IMG/VR virus record: IMGVR_UViG_3300037462_000170
Location: 1 to 33,261 of that record
DNA length: 33,261 nt
Strand: one strand, 5' to 3'
DNA from: a virus
Taxonomy: Duplodnaviria > Caudoviricetes
In this document: positions 6,751 through 13,229 of the stretch, one piece after another
How positions within the stretch are numbered: position 1 is the first letter of the stretch
Layout of the letters: each line of letters begins with the position of its first letter
Position numbers and translations under genes: made by a program
Notes under the pieces: model-generated
What the model was told of the DNA's origin: nothing
The model's database searches: none
Seen by the model: only the letters and a program-made list of their open reading frames with translations

Positions 6751-6865
6751 CGCCCGAGCTAACCTGACCGACACAGCGCGATGACAGACCAAGTAACCCA
6801 GGACGCACCGACCGACGCCAGCCACAGGCCCGCTGTGGCGGTTCAGGTTGAGCGAAGTGTTAGGC
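6745..6865 (-). repeat. attC-like site 13
   Basis: GCCTAAC-GCCCGA-GCTAACCTGA...TCAGGTTGAGC-GAAGT-GTTAGGC; contains ATG 6781. Confidence 0.87.
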
Positions 6866-7419
6866 CCCATGCGACGGCTGCGGGCTACGGCTGCATATTG
6901 GCTGACCCGCCTTGGGCGCTGACGATGGCCGGGCAGCGCAAGCGTGCGAAGGAAGGCAAGAAGCCCGAGGCGCTGCCGTACCCGACGATGACCATTGCGC
7001 AGATATGCGACATGCCCGTTGGCCAGCTTGCCACCGAAGACGCGCACCTGTGGCTGTGGACAACAAACCAGCACCTTGAGGACGGATTCAAGGTGATGCG
7101 AGCGTGGGGCTTCAAGTACCTGGCGCCTGTGCATTGGGTGAAGCCGACAGGCATGGGCAACTGGTTTGTACACCGCACGCAGACGATGCTTTTTGGCTAC
7201 CGCGAGAAGTGCAGGTTTCCGCTGGCGCGCTACCGGCCGAACGTGTTTCACAGCGGCGACCCGAAGCGGCACAGCGAGAAGCCGGAAGCGGCCTATGAAC
7301 TGGTGGAAGCGGTGAGCCCTGGGCCGCGCTTGGAGTTGTTCGCGCGACGGAAGCGCGATGGCTGGCACACCTGGGGAAATGAGGTGCCATGCGATGTATT
7401 CATGGGGCCTAACAGGTAG
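6781..7419 (+). CDS. MT-A70-family adenine methyltransferase, cassette 13
   Basis: ILADPPW catalytic motif, YPTM, HLWLWTTN, WGF.Y, HSEKP, RLELFAR, GW..WGNE. Confidence 0.92.
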   Translation: MTDQVTQDAPTDASHRPAVAVQVERSVRPHATAAGYGCILADPPWALTMAGQRKRAKEGKKPEALPYPTMTIAQICDMPVGQLATEDAHLWLWTTNQHLEDGFKVMRAWGFKYLAPVHWVKPTGMGNWFVHRTQTMLFGYREKCRFPLARYRPNVFHSGDPKRHSEKPEAAYELVEAVSPGPRLELFARRKRDGWHTWGNEVPCDVFMGPNR

Positions 7420-7425
7420 ATATGC
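7407..7425 (-). other. attI-like recombination site at the right end of the array
   Basis: GCCTAAC is not followed by an attC hairpin but by AGGTA-GATATGC. GATATGC is a 6/7 inverted match to GCATAAC at 397-403. Confidence 0.65.
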
Positions 7426-7769
7426 GCACTTTGCAACCTCTGCACAGCCGCTGGGCTCGCTACAACGCCGACCCCGCGAACCACGCGCGCCGCCGCGCAG
7501 CGAGAGACGCAGCCCGCATCGCCGGCCCTGCGCCAGCCTACCCACCAGACGCGCCGCTGCACGGAGACTGGCTCGGCGGTCGCATCAACGGCCACACCGT
7601 CATCGTGCGCCTGATGCGTGACCCAAGGCACCGCAGCGACCAATGGGCGGCCGAGGTCGACGGCGAGGTGATCGCGGACGCTGCGGGGCTGACGGAGCTG
7701 TGGAGACTGCTGCACCAGCGCTGGCCGCGGGCGCTGTCCCGGCGAGAGATTGCGGGGATGACGACATGA
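7422..7769 (+). CDS. Hypothetical protein
   Basis: ATG within the attI-like site; ATGA overlap with the next ORF. Confidence 0.62.
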   Translation: MRTLQPLHSRWARYNADPANHARRRAARDAARIAGPAPAYPPDAPLHGDWLGGRINGHTVIVRLMRDPRHRSDQWAAEVDGEVIADAAGLTELWRLLHQRWPRALSRREIAGMTT

Positions 7770-7975
7770 CAGACAACACCGGATGGCGATGGGTCCGCCT
7801 GCGCCAAACGTCAGACGGCCGGCGCGTCGCCAAGGAATGGGCCGCCGAAGCCGCCGAGCCGCCCAGCTTCTTGACGCCGACGGCGACAGTTGCGCGCGAG
7901 GTCATGCGCGGATTCAGGCCCGAGCATACGCATCGGGCGTGGTCGCATGTGTTCGGCTACCGCTACAGGGAGTGA
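7766..7975 (+). CDS. Hypothetical protein
   Basis: ATG 7766 in the frame of track ORF 7643-7975, coupled to the upstream stop. Confidence 0.55.
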   Translation: MTDNTGWRWVRLRQTSDGRRVAKEWAAEAAEPPSFLTPTATVAREVMRGFRPEHTHRAWSHVFGYRYRE

Positions 7976-7976
7976 G

Positions 7977-8159
7977 ATGATCATCCGCATCGAATCCGCA
8001 TCGACCCGCCGCTGGCAGGCCCGCGCGTACACCGTGGCGCCTCGGTACGTGTCCAAGCTGTTCAGCGATGCCAAGTGCGGCGGCATCGATGCTGCATACG
8101 CACTCGCTGCGGCAGAGGCGCCGAAGCTCAAGCGCAAGGCAAGGAGGCGGCGGGCGTGA
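7977..8159 (+). CDS. Small stand-alone AP2-like DNA-binding protein
   Basis: GGGAG RBS; WQARAY...SKLFSDAKCGG..AAYALA resembles phage AP2 domains. Confidence 0.55.
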   Translation: MIIRIESASTRRWQARAYTVAPRYVSKLFSDAKCGGIDAAYALAAAEAPKLKRKARRRRA

Positions 8160-8375
8160 CGATCTGGCGCGTCCTGTGGTTTCCGTAGTAGCAGCGTATC
8201 ATGGCGGCTCTCACACCGTCGTTGCCACACGTCGACCAGCCAACCCGCTCAGGCGTCATGAGGATTAGCCCCCCGGCTGATCGAAACCGCGGGACCGGGG
8301 ACTCTCACGCATGCGCCTCCAATCGGGAGAGCTGCCGGTGACCAACGCGGGAAGCCGCGAACGGGGCGCAGTCGT

Positions 8376-8456
8376 GAGGGCGAATGCGCAGGCTGATGCG
8401 CAGCGGAGTAGCTCCCGTCCGCTACGGCAAGCCGGAGATCAGCGCCGGCCGCTCTC
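8376..8456 (+). ncRNA. Candidate structured RNA (four-way junction with complementary loops)
   Basis: Closing stem GAGGGCG/CGCTCTC; arms TGCGCA-GGCTGA-TGCGCA, AGCGGA...TCCGCT and GCCGG-AGATCAGCG-CCGGC; loops GCTGA and TCAGC are complementary. Confidence 0.5.
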
Positions 8457-8777
8457 TTCCAACTCACCGAACCCTGACGCCAGCGACTCCCGCGCCCTCT
8501 TGGCCGCGCTGTCGATCTGCTGCGAGTCGATCAGCGCCTGGCCGGTGATGTAGGTTCGCAGCAGGGTCTCAAGCTCATCCTGCCGCGTCCTGGCCTCGTC
8601 GAGCTGCCTGACCAGCCGATCCCGCTCCCGGCGCTCGTGCCTGCGGTCGCGGTCGACGTAGCCGCGAAGCTCATCCAGCCGCGCCCATGCAACCATGAGC
8701 CGGACGCGGATGTTCCGGCGCTGCGCCCGCTTGCGGCGGGCTTGGTCCCATGCGCGAAGGCGGCCGAGGATGTTCAT
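8439..8777 (-). CDS. Basic coiled-coil hypothetical protein
   Basis: 112-aa Arg-rich helical ORF at the end of the - strand late operon. Confidence 0.55.
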   Translation of the reverse strand: MNILGRLRAWDQARRKRAQRRNIRVRLMVAWARLDELRGYVDRDRRHERRERDRLVRQLDEARTRQDELETLLRTYITGQALIDSQQIDSAAKRARESLASGFGELEESGRR

Positions 8778-8887
8778 GGGATTGGTTGTGTGCTACTATT
8801 TCCAGGTCTGGCTTCTCGGTTGGACACGGCGGGTGCTTCGGCGCTCGCTTGAAGGCCCCGTGGTGCGAGCCCGGGGCCTTCGCCTTT

Positions 8888-10021
8888 CTAGCGCGCCGTC
8901 AACTCCGTTTTCCGAGCGCTGCTGAAGCTGGTGCCGATCCAGTAGCCAGCCACCATGCCGACGACCGCAAGAACCGCGGTCACGATCTGAACCCGAAGCT
9001 CGCCGGTGTAGTTGCCGGGATGGACGAACAGCACATCCACCAGCAGCATCATCGGCATCAGGATCAGGACGAGGCTGATCAGGAATGCCGGGTTCCGCCA
9101 CAGCGGGATGCCTGACTCCATGGTGGCAGTGTTCGCCTTCCTGGCGCCCTCAACACCACCGCCGCCGGCCTCGGTCAGTTCGTACCAGATCGACTCGACG
9201 GCCTTCTCTGCCGCAGCCCTTGCCACGGGGTCGGCCCTGATCTTCTCGGCCGCGTCCTGGGCATTGACGGCACCCGTGGCGGCAGTCACGGCCTCGACGA
9301 CCACCTCTGCGGCCTTGATGTTTCGCTCTGCCACTTGAGAGCCGGACCCGAACACCCGGCCCAGCTTCGGGATGCTCTCGATCAGGCTCGGCAAGACGGC
9401 TGCGATGATGGGCGCGATTGCGGGCATGCTTTGCTCCTTCGGCCACTCAGGGCCTTCGATCCACAGAGGCACTTCGGCCGGGGCTGGCTGGTTGGCAAGC
9501 ACCGCCTTTGCTCGCTCCCAACGTGCGCGGCGGTCTGCGGCTCCGTTCGTCCCGCCATTGATGCGGCGCGTGATGCGGTCGAAGTCGCCAGCGTCGGCCA
9601 ATGCGTTTAGGTTGCGCGACCCCCACCACGCCGCGGCCGACCACGCGGCCCACTGCGGTTCTTCCAAGGCTTCGGGGCTGGCCTCAAAGTCTGGCGCTCC
9701 CTGGTGGGCAAGTAGCTGCCCCATCTGCCGATAGTTGTCCCGGCCGGTGACTTGGATCAGGCCCCGACCGCGATAGCGCGTGCCGTCGCCTTGGTTGACG
9801 TTGCCGAGGTCTTTCCGACCTTCGTAGGCCGATCCGTCGGCAATCTCGCGCAGCCACTTGAATGACCCGGACTCGTGGCCGATTTGGGCCAAGAAGGCGG
9901 CCAACCGATCTGTGGTATTGATCTCGTAGAAGCGGCAGGCTTCCGACAGCCAGCCAGCGAACAACTCCGCGCGCTCCGGCGTGCAGCCGGTGGCGTCTTG
10001 GAGTAGTTGCGGGGTGATCAT
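8888..10021 (-). CDS. GH19-family endolysin fused to a C-terminal membrane (holin-like) domain
   Basis: RLAAFLAQIGHESG, YEGRKDLGN, GDG.RYRGRGLIQVTGR.NY, ITRRINGG.NG..DR. Start reset to ATG 10021, overlapping the upstream stop. Two hydrophobic segments at the C-terminus. Confidence 0.88.
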   Translation of the reverse strand: MITPQLLQDATGCTPERAELFAGWLSEACRFYEINTTDRLAAFLAQIGHESGSFKWLREIADGSAYEGRKDLGNVNQGDGTRYRGRGLIQVTGRDNYRQMGQLLAHQGAPDFEASPEALEEPQWAAWSAAAWWGSRNLNALADAGDFDRITRRINGGTNGAADRRARWERAKAVLANQPAPAEVPLWIEGPEWPKEQSMPAIAPIIAAVLPSLIESIPKLGRVFGSGSQVAERNIKAAEVVVEAVTAATGAVNAQDAAEKIRADPVARAAAEKAVESIWYELTEAGGGGVEGARKANTATMESGIPLWRNPAFLISLVLILMPMMLLVDVLFVHPGNYTGELRVQIVTAVLAVVGMVAGYWIGTSFSSARKTELTAR

Positions 10022-10410
10022 TTGGTGATCCAGTCCACCGACGCCAGCCACCAGCCCTTGACGGTACCGATCCCCAGGCCGACAGCCACCAGCGTCGGGG
10101 CCAGCCATCTCACAAACTTCCCGCCAACGCGCGCTGTCGTCACGACATCCCGCACGGCCTCGGTGGCTGCTAGGGTGCGCTGGGTCATGTCGGTGTTATC
10201 CAGCAGCGCCCGCTGCATCTCGTCCATCCGTGCCGCATGCTCCCGGCGCTGCACATCTGCATGGCGCTGGCTCACCGTGATTTCGGCGATCTGCGACGCC
10301 AAGAACTCGTGCCCTGTCGTCACCACGCGCAGCCCGCTTTCGACGGAGCCGAGGCGGTCATGCAAGGCGGCCCAATCGGTTACGCTGACTCGCTGTTCTT
10401 CGCTGCTCAT
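10018..10410 (-). CDS. Putative holin/antiholin-type membrane protein
   Basis: Coiled-coil region plus one C-terminal hydrophobic segment; directly upstream of the endolysin. Confidence 0.6.
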   Translation of the reverse strand: MSSEEQRVSVTDWAALHDRLGSVESGLRVVTTGHEFLASQIAEITVSQRHADVQRREHAARMDEMQRALLDNTDMTQRTLAATEAVRDVVTTARVGGKFVRWLAPTLVAVGLGIGTVKGWWLASVDWITK

Positions 10411-10694
10411 CCAGCACCCTCATCGGCCGCCCTCCGGGCCGCTACTGCTACCGCCCTGAGATACCGCAGGCACTCGGCGGCCTGTTCGGTGCGCATGTCC
10501 TCCCGGGCGCCGGCGGCGGTCTGCAAGAGCTGCACGCCGATGGCCGGGGAGTAGTCGATTTCAATCAGCCGGCCCATGGCCTTCATGACCGGCGGCCGCT
10601 GGGTGAGTTCGATGCTGACGCCCTCATGGATGGCCACGCCTTTGCCGTGGGCGTCTGACCACCACAGTCGGGAACGGTGCAGCCAGTGCGACAC
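10407..10694 (-). CDS. Hypothetical protein
   Basis: Tightly packed between neighbours, with ATGA overlap. Confidence 0.65.
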   Translation of the reverse strand: MSHWLHRSRLWWSDAHGKGVAIHEGVSIELTQRPPVMKAMGRLIEIDYSPAIGVQLLQTAAGAREDMRTEQAAECLRYLRAVAVAARRAADEGAG

Positions 10695-10695
10695 G

Positions 10696-11079
10696 TCAGC
10701 CCCCGGCCTGCCTGCGCAGCTCGGCCTGGCGGTCCAGAATCGCCCGCTCGATCACGGTCAGCGGCTGGCCGTTCTGGGTCACGAGCATGGGCTGCCCCGC
10801 GTCTCCAGGCATCTGCCGCGCCACGATCTGCGGCAGATCGTCGGCGCCGGCCTTGGCGATGCGCGCCAGCTCGGCCTGCATCGCCTCGTCGACGGCTGGC
10901 GCCGGCTCGGCCGCGCGCTGCTTCGCCGCCTGGATGGCCTGCTGCAGCTGCGATGCCTTCTGCAGCGCCTCCTGATGCCGGTAGCGCCCAATTTCGGACT
11001 GCGCCGCGATCAGTTCGGCCTGCAGCCGCGTCACCTGCAGTTGCAGGGTCAGGACTTCGATGGATGGGGTGTTGCTCAT
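10696..11079 (-). CDS. Coiled-coil hypothetical protein
   Basis: MSNTPSIEVLTLQLQ...; start reset to ATG 11079, overlapping the tailspike stop. Confidence 0.65.
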   Translation of the reverse strand: MSNTPSIEVLTLQLQVTRLQAELIAAQSEIGRYRHQEALQKASQLQQAIQAAKQRAAEPAPAVDEAMQAELARIAKAGADDLPQIVARQMPGDAGQPMLVTQNGQPLTVIERAILDRQAELRRQAGG

Positions 11080-13220
11080 ACGACCATCTGCTCCACGGGG
11101 ATGGCGAAGATCGCGTTGCCGTCGATCTCGATCAGGATGTGGCCGACCCGCGTGCCGGGCGTGCCGCTCAAGGTCCAGGCCGGGAAGGCGCCGGTGTAGA
11201 ACCTCAGGAGGGCAGTCACGCCGCCGCCGTCCTCGAAGTCCATCGCATAGGCCGCCGTCGCCGTGTTGCTCTGCCGGATCAGCGCGCCGTCGACGTTCGC
11301 GCGGAAGTCGATGCCGTTGGTCAGCTTCGCCAGCGCCTTGTCGTCGCCCTGCGGCGCGATCTCGTGCGCAGCGCGGGCCACGAAGGCGGCGCCGCCGCTG
11401 TTTGCCTTGCCCAGCACCAGCTGCGTGCCCACGCGGCTGGCCGCCCCGGTCGACCCGTTGCCGAACAGGTCCAGCTCGAGCGCGCACAGGATGCCGGCGC
11501 CGCTGTCGCCGCTGAAGTCCTGGGCCTCCAGCACGCCCGCGAACGAGTTGCCATCGGTGGCGTACTTGTACGCCTGGCCGTACAGCGTGACGTTCTCCGC
11601 CTCGTCGCCGGCATAGTTGCTGTTGCGCGCGATCATGGACCACTCGAATGCAGTCGTCGTCGCGCTCGACTTGTGGTCGATGATGAACGGGCTGCGCACC
11701 GTGCCCAGGCCGCCGGCCGGCGACGTGCGCGCGATGCGGGTCGTGTCGTAGGTCGGCACGAGGATGGCCGGATCGCCGGTGGCGCCAGCGTCGAAGGTGT
11801 GCGAGCCGGTCCAGTCGTAATCGGCCGCCTCGTCGACCGTGCCGGGGCTGCCGCCCAGCTCGTTGGTGATCGACGGCACCTCGGCCGCGTCTTCGTACAG
11901 CGCGCCGGTCCAGCCGACTTCGACCGAGCCGCCGCCGCTGGTGCCGGTCTGCACGTACTTGCGCGCGCTGTCGGCGGTGTAGCTGTTGAAGCTCTTGTGA
12001 CCGCAGCCGATGAGCGTGATCTTGTTCGCCGCCGTCGAGGCCAGCGAGTCGCCGTAGACGTTGTGCTTCGTGTGCGTGGTGCTGTCGATGCGGTTGAAGC
12101 TGCAGCCGGTGAGTGAGTGCGCGGCGCCCGATGTGCCGGACGCGCTGATGAAGACGTCAGCGAAGCCGGCGTTTGCCTCGAAGTAGGTGCCGCTCATCAC
12201 CAGGCCGGTGGAGCCCTCGCCGCCCGCGTCGACGACCTTCAGCGCCCAGTTGTTCGCGTTGTAGGTGGCCAGCGCGTCGCCGCCGTTGCTCTCGAAGGTG
12301 CCGCCCACGAAGGACAGGCACGCCGGCTGCTCGAACAGCGCGCCGTAGGTGGTGTTCCCGGCCACCACGCACGAGGTGAAGGTCAGCGCGTTGGGGTTCG
12401 CGTAGTTGGCATTGAAGCCGCGAATCCCCTTGTTGCCGAACATGAAGTAGCTGTTCAGGAACAGCCCGACCACGCAGTCGGAGATGGCCGCCACCTCGTC
12501 GCCGCCGTCGAAGTAGCAGTTCTCGACGCTGAAGTACGCCAGGTTATCGAGCGCCAGCACCTTGCCCGTCTTGTCGGCCTTCTCGAAGGTCAGGCCGCGC
12601 AGGAACTGCTGCGACACGAAGCCGGTCAGCGTCGAGCCCAGCAGCGTCAGCATGGTGTAGTTGCCGGCGCCGCCCAGGATGCGGGAGCTGGCCATGCCGT
12701 CACCCAGTAGCGAGGCCTTGCGCGCGAAATAGTCGTCGGCCAGCGGGCCGGTGCTGGCTACGCTGTTGTCGATGGTCAGGCCCGAACTGATCAGGTAGTC
12801 CCCGCGCGGGAAGTACACGATGCCGCCGCGCGGGTTCGCCGCGTTGATCGCCGCCTGGATGGCCGCGGTGTCGTCGGTCACGCCGTCGCCGACAGCGCCG
12901 TAGTCGGTGACGTTGAACCACAGGCCATCCCGGGCCACGCCGCGCGGCTGGTAGAACAGCAGCTGCCCGGCCGAGTCGCGCACGTTCAGGCTGAACGGCT
13001 CCAGCGCGAACAGCTCGGCCGGCGTGCCGTTGCGCACCGCGTAGCCTGCCTTCGTGCGGATGGGCTGGTCGGCCGGCTGCGTGCCGGCGCGGTCCCAGTA
13101 CATCGTGATCGGAGCCGTCTCGGGGTTCTGCCCGGCCTGACCGAAGTAGAGATAGCCGCCGTGCAGCGGGCGGCCGGCCTTGTCAGCATAGAGCGGGTAG
13201 GGGGAGAGGGTGGTCAGCAT
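11076..13220 (-). CDS. Tailspike / polysaccharide depolymerase (beta-helix)
   Basis: N-terminal P22-like particle-binding motif (YADKAGRPLHGGYLYFGQAGQNP); FNVTDYGAVGDGVTDDTAAIQAAI pectate-lyase-3-type start; beta-helix-like repeats. Confidence 0.88.
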   Translation of the reverse strand: MLTTLSPYPLYADKAGRPLHGGYLYFGQAGQNPETAPITMYWDRAGTQPADQPIRTKAGYAVRNGTPAELFALEPFSLNVRDSAGQLLFYQPRGVARDGLWFNVTDYGAVGDGVTDDTAAIQAAINAANPRGGIVYFPRGDYLISSGLTIDNSVASTGPLADDYFARKASLLGDGMASSRILGGAGNYTMLTLLGSTLTGFVSQQFLRGLTFEKADKTGKVLALDNLAYFSVENCYFDGGDEVAAISDCVVGLFLNSYFMFGNKGIRGFNANYANPNALTFTSCVVAGNTTYGALFEQPACLSFVGGTFESNGGDALATYNANNWALKVVDAGGEGSTGLVMSGTYFEANAGFADVFISASGTSGAAHSLTGCSFNRIDSTTHTKHNVYGDSLASTAANKITLIGCGHKSFNSYTADSARKYVQTGTSGGGSVEVGWTGALYEDAAEVPSITNELGGSPGTVDEAADYDWTGSHTFDAGATGDPAILVPTYDTTRIARTSPAGGLGTVRSPFIIDHKSSATTTAFEWSMIARNSNYAGDEAENVTLYGQAYKYATDGNSFAGVLEAQDFSGDSGAGILCALELDLFGNGSTGAASRVGTQLVLGKANSGGAAFVARAAHEIAPQGDDKALAKLTNGIDFRANVDGALIRQSNTATAAYAMDFEDGGGVTALLRFYTGAFPAWTLSGTPGTRVGHILIEIDGNAIFAIPVEQMVV

Positions 13221-13229
13221 CGCGTCGCC

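Larger units (their letters stand above)
397..7425 (-). mobile_element. Integron-type gene cassette array (13 cassettes) inside a phage; no integrase in window
   Basis: 13 attC-like imperfect palindromes separate groups of small + strand ORFs. Inferred cassettes: 403-729, 730-1054, 1055-1450, 1451-1814, 1815-2266, 2267-2710, 2711-4157, 4158-4951, 4952-5306, 5307-5664, 5665-6351, 6352-6750, 6751-7412. Confidence 0.88.

Noticed and set aside
397-6865. Rho-independent terminators or REP elements
   Set aside because: No U tracts; conserved AAC/GTT cores, fixed spacers, asymmetric extra bases and cross-cassette end complementarity are not explained by these classes.
397-7413. CRISPR array interpretation of the repeats
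   Set aside because: Repeats vary in sequence and length (56-121 bp), the intervening segments are 0.2-1.4 kb and protein-coding, and no cas genes are present.
28-8230. Long - strand ORFs over the array (e.g. 28-786, 3095-3802, 5296-6153, 6280-7545)
   Set aside because: Antisense shadows of coupled + strand genes in GC-rich DNA; no recognisable motifs, including no integrase motifs.
8376-8456. Canonical tRNA gene
   Set aside because: No TTC motif in the third loop, no 7-nt anticodon loop and no conserved D-arm bases; kept only as an ncRNA candidate.
8439-9101. Rz/Rz1 spanin genes after the endolysin
   Set aside because: ORF 8439-8777 has no N-terminal transmembrane segment and I found no lipobox-bearing ORF; ORF 8796-9101 is an alternative frame of the lysin gene.
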